From the human T2T-CHM13v2.0 reference genome, Homo sapiens, in assembly GCF_009914755.1 (NCBI RefSeq), contig NC_060930.1: a stretch of 64,000 bases of DNA. One strand, given 5' to 3'. Shown piece by piece: positions 30,050 through 46,696 of the stretch; position 1 is the first letter of the stretch; each line of letters begins with the position of its first letter. The notes under the pieces were generated by a model. It did no database searches. It was given only the letters and a program-made list of their open reading frames with translations, and was not told the origin of the DNA. Both the position numbers and the translations under genes were made by a program.

Positions 30050-30570
30050 AGATTCAGATAACTTTGTGCAGGTAAAGAAGAACAGGAAGAGCATGCAGGG
30101 AAAATGAGGAACATGAGCAAAGATACATAAGGATTAGGAAGTAAGTGAGGCTGTGGTCAGAGCTAGATAACTGTGGGCCTTGAATGCAATTTATTGAACA
30201 GAACTTTATACAGAGAACATTGGGTAGACATTGATTGAATTTAACCAGGTGAGTTTGGTGGCCAGATTTTTTCTAAATTTCTTCACATGGAAGAAGTATA
30301 AACATAATCTGAACTAGGGGCAAGATTTAAATCAGGGAAATCACATATCATAGTGTCCATAAAAATATGAAAGGGCATATATCATGTTAGTATGGTTAGC
30401 AAGGGGATCAGAAACAAGACTTATTTAAAAATTAATATCTATACAACTTTATTATTGATTAGGTGGGAATGCTGGTATGGGGAAGGAGATGAATATGAAA
30501 GAGAATTCTAGGAAAATTCCAGGGTTCCAGTTTGTGTGGTTTGAATAATGATGGTATTTCTCTTCCTATA
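30050..30570 (-). mobile_element. L2 LINE remnant
   Basis: Purine-rich antisense L2 motifs (acatgagcaaaga, gggccttgaatgc, ccagggttccagtttg). Confidence 0.5.
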
Positions 30571-30995
30571 TATATGGCAGAAAGAGACCATAAAATAGAA
30601 TCTCAAACAGGAGGTCTCTTCCTGATTCTATATATGATAAATCTGAATCTTCAGATCACGTAAATGGAGAAGTCTCACATTTTTCTTTCTTGTTACCACT
30701 TACTCCATTTTTTAATCTCTACTGGAAATGTCTGCCATGGACAATGATGTATTCTTCCTGGCCGTAACCTCATTTTCTGACTGTTCATTCTACTGCCAAC
30801 TCCACCTTCACCATCTTCAATACAGTCTTTTACATCATTGCTCAGCAGTTCTTAGTGAAAATCAGCTCATGCGGCTCTTAAATCCAGCTGAAGATAGCCA
30901 AACCCGAGGGCCTGGGTCAGGTAAGGTTGCTGAACTGCTTACTCTCACAGTTGAGGAGACATATACAAGAAGCAAGGAAAGACTAGAAAATACAA

Positions 30996-31357
30996 TGTAT
31001 TAGTCCATTCTCATGCTGCTATGAAGAAATACCTAAGACTGGGTAATTTATAAAGAAAAGAGGTTTAATTGATTCACAGTTCTGCATAGCTGGAGAGGCC
31101 TCAGGAAACTTACAACCATGGCAGAAAGCACTTCTTCACAGGTCAGGAGTAGAGAGAATGAGTGCCAGCAGGAGAAATGCCAGATGCTTATAAAACCATC
31201 GGATCTCGAGAGCTCACTCACTATCACAAGAACCTCATGCGGGACACGGCCCCAATGATTCAATTACCTTCCAACAGGTCCCTCCCATGACACGTGGGGA
31301 TTATGGGGATTACAATTCAAAATGACATGTGGGTGGGGACATGGCCAAACCATATTT
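30996..31357 (-). mobile_element. Solo THE1D/MSTA-type MaLR LTR
   Basis: tgtattagtccattctc...gggtaatttataaagaaaagaggtttaattg...gtggggacatggccaaaccatat; TSD not clearly preserved. Confidence 0.92.
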
Positions 31358-32219
31358 TGTAATAAATCTAGTTTTAAGTATGTTAGGCATGAAATAAAAC
31401 AATTTAATTTTTCATAAGAAAGATATGCAAAGTAATTAAAAATACAGCTGGGAAGTGTTTCAACGACTATCTTATATAATGTTTCCAACCTCTCCCTCTG
31501 TCACTCTCTATCCTACTAGATTTTATTTCCATCACATTATAACCAGTATATAGAACAGACAAGGCACATGGGATGAATCTCATGTTTCTTTCTCTACTTT
31601 ATACCATACCTTACTTGAATTCGAAATAAAGCTTACTTATTTTGTCCTTTATTCTTTAAATATGTTCATAGGAGGAAGTTCTTTCTAAGGCACTGGATAA
31701 AAACTCAATAGATCCCATGACTGTTATGGTCAGTCCTAGAAAGTCCTATAATAACTTTAAATTACAAATTAAATTCAGTAATTAAAATGTCCATTCCCAG
31801 ATAGTAGTCAAACTCCAATCTTGCCTAATATTAAACCTTCTCCACAAAACTATGGCCTGGGAAGTGGGACAGAATTCTTCCTTTCTACCTCCTACCTGGA
31901 GCACTTGGCTCTCTTGCATTGTAGTTGAGGGTGAGATGAAATGAAGATGAGATAAAGAACTGATGTTGACTGGCATTTACTTTACTTCTCATTCTCTGGG
32001 TAATATTCATGTTTAATACATTTCTTTCCTAAATATTTATAAATATATGAAATTATAAATATATACAACTATGTACTTTCATGTATAAACTTTATATGAC
32101 TTTATAATTATAAATAAATCTGATAGTTATATGTGTAATTATAAAGTTATTTAATTCAGTATATGTTATGTATGTAAATATAGTTTATTTGCAAATTATC
32201 AAATAATTATTATGACACA

Positions 32220-32330
32220 ATCTCCTAGGAGGTATACATCTTGCTTGATTTTTCACCACTGCAACCTCAGTTTCTAGATCAGTGCCTGGAACATAGTAGA
32301 TACGTTATATAAATATTATATATTGCATAG
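32220..32330 (+). mobile_element. L2 3' end
   Basis: ttcaccactg...tctagatcagtgcctggaacatagtaga...taaatatt. Confidence 0.65.
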
Positions 32331-32582
32331 ATTTTAATACAGGTGTACCAAATCATCCAGCACAGAAACTTGCAGACAAGTTGTAGACTAGCCACCTATA
32401 TTTGGGAGTACCTGATTATAGAAGATATTTAAAATATCAAGAGTCATTTAGAACTTAGAGGGAGAGCCCATAAACTAAATGGAACCTGACTTTTAGGGGA
32501 AGGTAAAGGGAGTAGAATCCATAAAGTAGACCACTAGGGTACAATAAGTGAGTTAGAAAGAAAAATAAAGGACTGTGTTCTC

Positions 32583-32680
32583 AGATAGATAAATAGATAG
32601 ATAATAGCTAGATGATAGATAGATGATAGACACATACATATATGTACACACATTTATAAACACACACAAATACATACACA
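32583..32680. repeat. Degenerate (GATA)n followed by CA-rich simple repeat
   Basis: agatagataaatagatagataatagctagatgatagatagatgatagacacatacata. Confidence 0.8.
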
Positions 32681-33438
32681 GTATTTTGAGAATAAATAAT
32701 AAATATGTCAAATACCACAGAGAAATGTTGATCCCATCATTAAATGAGAATTTACAGCAGTGCTTGGCTCCTAGGTTATGGATTGGTGCTGGATGGGGAA
32801 CTGAAAGAGAAGCTCTCCGTAGTTATATTGTCTCTACAACTTCATTCAAGGCAGCTGACAAGATGCTGAGTTCAGCAATGTGGGGAGTTTTGATACAATG
32901 AGGATAAAAATCTCTGGAAAAAATGTGTGAAGGATTCAGGGTAAGCAGTTTACACAAACTGTCATGAGATGGTTGAAGGCAGGAGTTGGGGTGAAGTAAA
33001 ATGTTTTCTTCTAGGTTACAAAATTCTCAAGCTGCTTGAGTTGGAAAGCAGGAATTCAATAGGTTACACTGACATGATACTATGTGACCAGATTTGGATA
33101 TGGGATATAGAGACATTTTGTGAATAGAGCATTTGGCAAAGAGGAAACAGATTTCTGGAAGATGTTCCTTTATAATGAAATGCAATTAGAGAAAACAGGT
33201 TTTGTGGATTGAGGTTAAGGATTTGAAGAGGGAGGGAGAAAGTACACAGCAATAAGGAGAGGGGAAGAATGTTAGAGAATTAACCCAAGTGATGGCACAG
33301 GGGCTTGTCTTTTGAATGGTCATTGCAAATACAGGGATAGGAAATGCACCAAGAATTGACAGGTTTCAATTTTTTTCCTAACTTGTTCCCTTTTAAATGT
33401 CTTACAAATTTAGTTATTCTATGGCTGCATAAACTGTG

Positions 33439-33583
33439 TTTTTGGGTTTTGTTGTTTGTTTGTTTGTAGATAAGGGTCTTGCTTTGTTGCCCAGGCTGGT
33501 TTCAAACTCCTCGCTTCAAGTAATCCTTCCACCTTAGCCTCCCAAAGTGCTGGGATTACCCACGTTAGCCACTGTGCCCAGTC
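33439..33583 (-). mobile_element. FLAM-type free left Alu monomer
   Basis: Single monomer gggtcttgctttgttgcccaggctggtttcaaactcc...cccaaagtgctgggatta with (TTTG)n tail. Confidence 0.85.
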
Positions 33584-35441
33584 ATAATTTTTACAACTAT
33601 TTTTGGTAGTAAATTGTTAAGATATTTTTTCATACTATTCATATATGCAAAAGTGAAACTGCCACCACTGAAAATGCATGCTATGCCACCATACCATGAT
33701 ATTTGATCGTTTGAGAAGTATATTTAGTGACATAAGCATACATTCCTATGCTCTCCAGTTGATTTTAAAACTGAGTGTGATTTTATTCCTCTAAAGGAAA
33801 GACAGATGTGAAGGGAAGAAGCTGAAAATGAATGTAGAAAATGCCACACAATTACTAAAACCATATAATTTTTTTGTCTTTTTTTTCACATTAAGGTAAT
33901 GTGGAGGCTTGTATAGCTACATCGTAGGAGACCAAGTTTCTAGAAATTCAGATATCCTATCTCCATGATGGACTAATATAATAGGACATGTCCATTTTAG
34001 TATCTATTCTGTCACTCTGCTTTATCTTCTCTTACTTAATTTATTGAGACTTATTTAAGTAGATCATACAATGTATTCCTCTCCACTTCTAGCAGGTCAT
34101 CAATTCTGAGATTTTAATATCCTGAATATTGGTGCAAGAAATACTTATGACTTCCAATCTTATTAGTGTTTCATTCTTCATCAGTTATTTTGCTTTTTAA
34201 AATTTATGTCCCACTCCCATTCAGTCAATGGCTGTGGCAAATCTTTTCCACCAAATTTAAATTATTTATTTACTTTAACTTCCCTTCTCTCATTTAGCCA
34301 TCAGGTGGAAAAATATTTAATTACTTAATGATATCTAAAAACATTTCTCTCAACTGTGAGCAAACTTTTTTGTGAAATTGATTATTTTCATACTGGCTCT
34401 AAGAATTTGTTTTTGTTGCCTCTGGTAATTGTTTCCTGTCCCCCTGGATTTACTATTTTCCCCCTCTCTCTCTTAATGTTTTCATTCTGTTTAGCTGCCA
34501 ATAAAGTTTAGGGCAAGTCACTCTCATTTTTCCACAGCTCTTCATTCAGCCCAGCGACTGGTCTGGGTATCTCATTCTCTCTAACCATAACGTATCAGGC
34601 ACATATATCTTAAACAAAGTAAATTTTATTATGAGTATAATTGCTTTGTGAGAATTTTGATACTGCATTATGACAAATAAAATTCTCAGCATTTCTAATA
34701 ATAAATGATATCAATTGACTCAATGATATAAATTGCTACCTATAGGAACATATTGCGTGACAGTAACAAAAATGCAGAGTTAGACTGGTAAGAGGGTAAC
34801 ATCCTTTAAGTATAAACTTTTTGTTAATAAGAGAAATTTTATAGACCTTAAATTGGAGGTTTGTAGTGTATTCAATGACATAGAAAAATGTGTGAACATA
34901 TATCAAACTAAATAATATTAACAAGATCCAAGTACTACTAGTCTTCCTATCTGCTTTGCTCATCTATTAAAATATAATTATATGTGCAGATATTGATATT
35001 GATTATATATATCTATGTATATACACAGATGTGTATACAGATGTGTATGTGTATATATGTGCAAATGTACCTGTAAATATAAATGTGTATATATGAAAAA
35101 AGGGCAGTTATCAAACATAAATACCCATAAATATCCAAATTCTGATTATTATTTCATACCTAACAGTGTTACATAAGAGTGTTAATTTAGTCTCATCATT
35201 GCTGACATTAGGTAATGACTTTAAAAATTGCATATGTAATATAGAGAATTTTACTTTGTTTTGTCTTCTTTTGTTTTCGTTTGAAAATACTTCAGCTATT
35301 TAATAAATATATTTTCATTTTAGTGAATTTTCTATATATTTCACTATCTTTTAAATTTAGTCTTGATGCTTTTATTAACACATATTTTTACTCTGTCATA
35401 TTTGTTTTATATATCTGTCTTGAAAATGCCTTTAACTATTT

Positions 35442-35817
35442 TTTTATTATTATACTTTAAGTTCTAGAGTACATGTGTACAACATGCAGGTTTGTTACAT
35501 ATGCATACATGTGCCATGTTGATGTGCTGCACCCGTCAACTCATCATTTATATTAGGTATATCTCCCAGTGCTATCCCTCCCTGCTCCCCTCACCCCACA
35601 ACAGGCCCCGGTATGTGATGTTCCCCACCCTGTGTCCAAGTGTTCTCATTGTTCAATTCCCACCTATGAGTGAGAACATGCAGTGTTTGGTTTCTGGTCC
35701 TTGTGATAGTTTGCTCAGAATGATGGTTTCCAGCTTCATCCATGTCCCTACAAAGGACATGAACTCATCCTTTTTTATGGCTGCATGGTATTCCATGTTT
35801 TATATTTAACAAAAAAA
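35442..35817 (-). mobile_element. 5'-truncated L1PA5/6-like 3' end
   Basis: Antisense L1PA 3' UTR (tgtgtccaagtgttctc, caaaggacatgaactcatcc); 11-bp TSD tttaactattt at 35431-35441 and 35818-35828. Confidence 0.92.
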
Positions 35818-35953
35818 TTTAACTATTTGAATGACCAATGTATTATTTAAATAATTAAATGTATCAATAATTTACTTCACAAACCCTTTATTTTCCTCAT
35901 ACTTATGTATTCTGTATTTGAGCAAGTGTTGATAACATTCACCTATATTTCTT

Positions 35954-36032
35954 CTTCTTTTTTTTTTTATTTGAGACGGAGTCTTGCTCTGTCACCCAGG
36001 CTGGAGTGCAGTGGTGTGATCTCAGCTCACTG
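35954..36032 (-). mobile_element. Severely 5'-truncated Alu (~60 nt plus tail)
   Basis: gagacggagtcttgctctgtcacccaggctggagtgcagtgg...ctcactg; 20-bp TSD aacattcacct(a/g)tatttctt at 35934-35953 and 36033-36052. Confidence 0.93.
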
Positions 36033-36156
36033 AACATTCACCTGTATTTCTTATCCTCATTTTCTTTGAGCATTAGTTAATTTTTAATTCATTATAATTA
36101 TTTTATGTTAATTATGTTAATGTTTGTTTTCTAAATTATTAATACTTTGTTTTAAT

Positions 36157-36637
36157 GGAGGTAGGAGGTAGGACTGGACTCTAAAGCAGGGAGCTTGGAC
36201 ACGGGACCAAACTGAGGAATAGCTAAAACAGGTGCTGGGCAGAAGCAGCTTCCCATAAGACACACTCAACAGTGTGCCATTTCAGTTTATTGTTGCCATG
36301 GCAACACTCAGAAGTTACTGCCCCTTTCCGTGGCAAAAACTCAGAAGATGCCACCCATTTTCTAGAAATTTCTGCAAAAATTGCCCATTAACTTGCATGT
36401 AATTAAAAGCGGGTATAAATATGAATGCAGACCAGCCTTTGAGCTGGTATTCTGGGCACACTGCCTATTGGGTAGCGCTGCTCTGCAAGAAGCAGTAAGT
36501 CTGCTGCTGCATTATGCTGTTGCTTAAATAGAAGTTGCTGTCTAATGCCATTGGCTCACCCTTGAATTCTTTCCTGGAAAAAGCCAAGAACCCTCCTAGA
36601 CCAAGCCCCTGTTTTGGGGCTTGCCTCTCCTGCATCA
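36157..36637 (+). mobile_element. MER66-type ERV1 solo LTR
   Basis: Begins gaggtaggagg..ggact; contains gccatggcaac and TATA gggtataaat (36411-36420); ends ttttggggcttgcctctcctgcatca; TSD-like taat/caat. Confidence 0.78.
36292..36305. promoter_or_regulatory. Perfect RFX X-box GTTGCCATGGCAAC inside the LTR
   Basis: Exact match to the canonical palindromic X-box, within the 16-bp palindrome tgttgccatggcaaca; function untested. Confidence 0.5.
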
Positions 36638-36789
36638 CAATTGCTTACATTAAATATTATTTTTCCAAATTTGATGCCACTTTATTCTCGCACTTTATTT
36701 TTTAGTGTATAATAGAATCAATTTATGTATTAACTGTGAAAGATTCATCTTCTTTATAAATATCAGCCCTGTAAATCTACTTAAGTTGT

Positions 36790-37315
36790 ATATATACACA
36801 ATGGAATAATTTTCAACCTTAAAAAGCAAGAAATGTCATTTGTAACAACACAGATGAAATTGGAAAACATTATGTTAAGTGAAATAAACCAGACACGAAG
36901 ACACAGACACTGCAAGTTCTCACTTATATGGAATCTAAGACAACCAAAGTCAAAGAAGCAGAGAATAGAATGGTTATTATAGAGGCTAGGGAGCAGGGAG
37001 GTGGGGAGATGATAGTTAAAGGGTACAAAGCCTCAATTAGGAGGAATAAAGGTTTTTTTTAATACTTTGAGATATATTACACAGTAGGGTGATTACAGTA
37101 AAAAATAATGTATTCTACATTTCAAAATTGCTAACAGAGTAAATTTTAAATGTTCTCACCATAAGAAATGATGTATCTTTGTGGTAACTATTATGTTAAT
37201 TAGCTTGACTTAAATACTCCACATCGTATTTATAAATCATAACATTACTTTGATTACTCTATAAATTTATACAACTATAATTTGTCAATTTACAATGAAA
37301 ATAATAAAGTTTTTA
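36790..37315 (+). mobile_element. L1MA (L1MA7/8-like) 3' end
   Basis: acacaatggaata...ttatgttaagtgaaataa...aaagggtacaaag...atgttctcacc...tgttaattagcttga...tttgtcaatt followed by an A-rich tail. Confidence 0.88.
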
Positions 37316-37339
37316 AAAACTTGTGTTGACTAATATTTT

Positions 37340-38934
<1,595 letters not shown>

Positions 38935-39209
38935 CCAGGATCATTTTTTTAAAAGACAATAAGTTCCTTATGGGCTCTTTATCCTATTCAGTGGGCCCAT
39001 TTGTCACTTGCTCCCAAGCCACCCTGTATTAACTATTGTAAGTTTATAAGTCTTGATATAGCAATTCTCCTATCTTAATTTGCTTCAATAATGTATTTTG
39101 ATTAGCACATTAATTTTAGAGTCAGCTTCTATGTCACATGCCCCAACATGCTAAAGAGAAAACAATACAGATGAAAGTAACAAGAAAAGCTGTTTAGACT
39201 TTGTGGTTC

Positions 39210-39820
39210 AGCAGACAGTCCATTTTATCGTAAAGATTCTCTGTGTGTTTGAGGTGTACACTCTGCTATTCTTACACGTGTTCTTATATTTTTGCCCATT
39301 TATCCAATTTACTAATTGTGATCAAATTTTAATGGTTATTTACTTCTGTTTTTATTAATAGATGTGTTAAAAATTATTTACATAATTTTGAATTTTCCAT
39401 TTCTTTGTGTAGCTTTATTTTTGTTGTATATTTTGTGGTTATGCTATTGGATACATAAAATTTAGAATTGTTGCAACTCATGTTTAATTGAAACTTTTAT
39501 CATTATGAAGTATTCTTTATTTTCATTATGATTTTTACCTTAAGTCAATTTGATTGATATTTATATAGCTATGGCTGCTTTCTTTTTTCTTAAAGATTAT
39601 ATGTTTTTACATGGTTTTATTTTCAATATCACATATATATGGTATACAGAATATACATATATATGTATATTAAGCCATATAAAGCTGACTTTTAAAAATC
39701 CAGTCTGAAGTTATTTTTAATAAGTATAGTTAATCCATTTGCATTTAATGTAATGCCTGATATTTTAAAAATTATGTCTACCATTTTACCCAGTTCATAT
39801 TATCATTCTATCTGTTCTGT
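39210..39820 (-). mobile_element. Ancient L1M ORF2 remnant
   Basis: atgctattggatacataaaatttagaattg...cttttatcattatgaag...aaaaatccagtctga antisense L1ME motifs. Confidence 0.6.
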
Positions 39821-40361
39821 TTGGTAATACAAAAACTAGTTTTTATATATAAAATTTTGGTTTAAATCTAATTTATTATGCATCTAAACAATTTTGTGCA
39901 TTCTCTAAAACCAAAAGCCATAATTGTCAAAGTGAGCCAATATTATAGGTATAAAGATTTAGAATAACTACAGTGATACACTTTTATGGCAAGGCTGATA
40001 CTGGGTGAAAGAGATTCAGTATGTTCAGATGTCAACTTCTTTTTGCTGTTAGTAGTAAACTGAATTTCAGGAATATTTGTGTCTTAAAATGATATTTAAT
40101 GAATTGACAGCCCTCTAAAGTTTGGTTTTACATTTCTTAAAATAACTTGGAAAATCTTAAAACAAATTCTTCATTGGAAGGAGTGCCAAACTTTATCTTT
40201 CATAGGCCTTAGAAAGTTGCATTATGGAAACTATAGCTTGCAAAAAAGATGACGTTTAAAGTAATCCTACCGAAGTGTAGTTAATAACGCAAATGGTATA
40301 CAGAACTTAATTTTAAAAGTATCCATTTGTGCTTTCAAATCTCTCGTCTTATTAACAAATA

Positions 40362-40533
40362 TTTTTTAAAATTTATTCATTTTATTAGAGACAAGGTCTC
40401 ACTTTGTCATCTAGGCTGGATTGCAGTGGTACAGTCATAGCTCACTGTAACACTGAATTCCTGGCCTCAAACGATCCTCCCATTTAGGCCTTCCAAAGTG
40501 TTGGGATTACAGGCCTGAGCCACTGTAATGAGC
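40362..40533 (-). mobile_element. Free Alu monomer (FRAM/FAM-like)
   Basis: gagacaaggtctcactttgtcatctaggctgga...cgatcctccc...ccaaagtgttgggattacaggc as a single monomer. Confidence 0.8.
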
Positions 40534-40906
40534 GAAAATAACTTTTCGATTCAATCTTTTCTTAGCTGCTTAAAATTATGTTTTACATTTGAATCAAAAG
40601 ACGTTAATGAGGTAGGGCTTTATTTAATTAAATAATGGTGAAATGTTTGAAAGAATTATAGAGATAAGTCTTTCAGTGAGTCTGTCTTACAAAAGTTTGT
40701 CAACAAATGATACCCAAGAAAATTTTTTGCTGAAATGTGTAAACATTTTGGAATGAAAATAATTGAAACTCAGAAAGTCCTCATTTAGCAAAACTTGCTC
40801 CGAGCATCGTAGGGACTTGAATAATTGCAGAAAAAATATTCTCTCAATTAGTGACATTTTGGCGTAAAGAACAAGTCAATTGAAAGTATCAACAACTTAA
40901 GATTTA

Positions 40907-43264
<2,358 letters not shown>

Positions 43265-43324
43265 AAGATTTATTAAGAGTAATACACAATGTTACTTTAA
43301 TTAACAGAATTGTGCAGCTTGCCA

Positions 43325-43392
43325 TCTCTCTCTCTCTCTCTCCCTCTCTCTCTCTCTCCCCTGCTTCCCCTTCCTCCTTTTCCTCTTCCACC
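43325..43392. repeat. (TC)n / polypyrimidine tract
   Basis: tctctctctctctctctccctctctctctctctcccc... Confidence 0.9.
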
Positions 43393-44397
43393 CTTTGAAA
43401 AATATACTCAACAAAAGACTTATATGTACATAAAGTACTAATAATCCAATCTTATAAACTTACAGATTTAAATCCGATTAGAACAGTTTTCATTATTTTT
43501 ATTACTCAAAAATATATCCTCAAAAACAATTTTTTATTGCTCATTGATTTTTCTCAGTTTTTCTTTGTTCATTTCTTAATTTCTCTTTTATTTTTGATTT
43601 GGAATCTTCTAATATACTTTTTAATTATTTACGTAAACATTGCTATAAAATGCTTATTTTCTAATAATAAAAATGTTTAACAACATAGATAGACCTGTAA
43701 GAATACCTTTGGTGGTATCTGATCTTTTTAATATTTAGAATTTGTATTTTCTTTGCCTGTCAAATTATTGACTGCATTATTCATTAACCTATTTTTTTTA
43801 GTTTTTAAAGTGAAAAACATTTTCTAAAAAATGTTATTTCATTTTATTATAATGACAGAATATGTCCCATATGATTACTGCTGTTTGAAGTATCAGATCA
43901 TCTAGTAGCTCAAATATTTCTCATAGTTATTTTACTAATTGCAGTAAAATTAATTGTTAACATGAATTCTATAGGTTAGTTTCAGTGTCTTGGAGTTGCC
44001 TTGTCATGTGGTTTATATGCAGAAGGCTTAAATTATAATTTATTTTGCAAATGCTCTTTTTAATATATAATAAACTTTTTATAATCATATTTTTATTTTC
44101 ATCTATACTTTTCTTTTTAAAAATCTGATTGTTATTAACTCTCATTGGAATCGATAAGGAAGCATATCTCCTGACTTCAAATCTTAAGGACTCTTAACTT
44201 TCGTTTTACAGTATTATCAAATAATTCCCCTAAAATACAAATTTTATATTTTCATGCCCTTTTCCTTTTAGAATTTTTGTTTCCTTTACCAATCAGAAGT
44301 CCAACCATCATAACAAGACATAAAGAAATCCCAACATGATCATTCTATTGCCACCCCATTTATTATATAGCAAGTGGATATCATTATAACTCCATTC

Positions 44398-44434
44398 CTG
44401 TCACTGTTTCTTTCTGTCACTGTTTCTTTCTGTC
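44398..44434. repeat. Perfect 16-bp tandem duplication
   Basis: (ctgtcactgtttcttt)x2 followed by ctgtc. Confidence 0.9.
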
Positions 44435-45059
44435 TATACTGCCTTTTTTGTTTGTCAAACTCTTATTTGTCTTACAAAGAATTTCTCAGATACCACATAA
44501 CTCCCTGAAACTTTGCCTTCTGTGCTCACTGACAAAGGTGAATTATAATTTTCTCTATTCTATTATATAATATATGTATGTGTACACTTGTATTCAAACA
44601 ACAATATTGTATTATATTACAATTACATTGTTATTTTCTATTATGTTTTATTTACTAGAGTTCTAAATACTTGCAGAGGTTTTATTTTCTTGCTAATCAC
44701 AGCACTTGGCTTATAGAATGGGAAAATAACTACATGATCATTTCATGAAGCTAAAAAAGTGTTCATTTTTATAATCAGTACGGATAAAGTATTTCAGTGC
44801 ACCCACAAAAATTAAAGATAATAAAATAAGTTGATTTAAAGAAGTAATGATCTGTTAAAATTAAAGTTGCTATTTACGGAATTGGTTCTAACCCAAAAAT
44901 ATAGCATTTATTCTCAATATTGAAACATGACATAATACAGTATTCTAATGTATATCATATTTAATTAATCTGCCATACGCTATTAGAATCTGCTTTCAGA
45001 AACTATGTGTTGTTCCCAATAGGAAATGCAATATAGACTATACTATCAGATAAGCCAGT

Positions 45060-45512
45060 TGCAATGGGCTGACAGCTCTCAAAAAAGGTATGTGCACATC
45101 CTAACCCTGGAACTTATGTATATTACCTTATTGAAAGAAGAGTATTGGCGGATACAGTCCACTTAAGGATGTTGAGATGATGAAGTCATCCTGGATTATC
45201 CGGCTGGATCTTTAATTCAATGACAAGTATCCTATAAGAGACAGAGAAGAGAAATCAACAGAGAAGAGAAGGAAGCAATGTGACCATGAAGTCAGAGACT
45301 GGAGTGATGCAGGTACAAACCCAGGAATGCTCACAGCCTCTAGGAGCTGGAAGATACAAGGAATGGAATCTCCACTGGAGCCTCTGGTGGGAATAGCTGC
45401 CTTGTTAATACCTACACTTTTGTACTCCAGAATTATGAGAGAATAGATTGATGTTGTTCTCAGCCACACGGTTTGAAGTAATTTGTTAGAACAGCCATAG
45501 GAAACTAATATG
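45060..45512 (+). mobile_element. MLT1C/D-type MaLR solo LTR
   Basis: atcctggattatcc, ggagtgatgc...ccaggaatgc, atttgttagaacagccataggaaactaata; perfect 5-bp TSD ccagt at 45055-45059 and 45513-45517. Confidence 0.9.
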
Positions 45513-46696
45513 CCAGTAATGTAAAAGTGCTTTGTGTGAATTTAATTATTTATAAACACGATGAAAGATAAATAAGAACCTTTAAAGATGTCTTTTAAAA
45601 AGACATAGGCTATAATAAAATTTTATTTAATAAGTCAAAAATAATTGCATGTCTTCTACACTGCCAAGAATTTGAAATAAGGTGATAAACAAATCAAAGT
45701 TATTTTTTAAATAAATAAACACTGGATAAGTTATGAAAATAAAGTAAAAACAAAAAAAATAAAATGAATAAAATAAGTTTCCTTCTTTAATATCTAAAAT
45801 GTTATTTCTCACACAAAGTAAAGTGTTTCTCTCTGAGATAAATTTAAGTGAAGTAATGGTGAGGATTGCATTTGGAATTTGTAGAGCAAGATAGATTAAT
45901 ATAAACAGTCATTTAATGAGACATTCTCTTCGATACTGATGCATTTTCATATCCTCTTACATGTTGCAAGTGTTAATCCAGGCATCCTTTTCTGCTTTCA
46001 ATGCCACTACTACATCAACTTGTCACCCAAATAACTGTAATTAAGCATTCTCTCTAGCTGTTGATTACAGTATGCTGATGAACATTCCCACTGGATTTAA
46101 CAGCCTTTTTCATAACATCTACAGTAATCATCACATATTATAATTTTTTTTGGCTGAAGACTTTTCAAATAATCTAAAATTTAAATTAAACAGCCCTCTG
46201 ATTATTGCAATCTAAAGTTCAACAGGCGCTTAATCAGAAAGGTGTAAGTATCTATCACTGACATCTACTAAGCAATAGGATAATATATATCCAGGGAAAT
46301 AAATACTTAAACTGTTTGGTCATTGATCCATGTCATTTAAAAATTAATGTCAGCATATAACACAGAATATTTTTTCCTGGAAAGTAGCAGACTAACAAGG
46401 GGACATATTGGTGAAGTGAACATTTACAACTTCCAAATGTCACATTCTGACAACTTTAAGTTGCACATAGCGATGTGAAGAACATTAAAATATGAATCAA
46501 GTAAAAGTTCAAGAAGCATGTTTGGAAGTTATTATTTGATTAAATTCTTATTACTCATAGATACAAAAGAAAGATGACATAAACTTTTCAGTTCAGATTC
46601 CCAAAGTAAGTATAGATTTTATTAGAACTGTCCCTAGATATGGGCAAGAGGAGTTGCTCCCAAAGCCCCTTGATTTATGAGGTTGCTAAAATCACA

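Noticed and set aside
30728-31003. 91-aa ORF (MSAMDNDVFF...)
   Set aside because: Overlaps a probable L2 remnant, ends in an LTR and has no recognisable domain.
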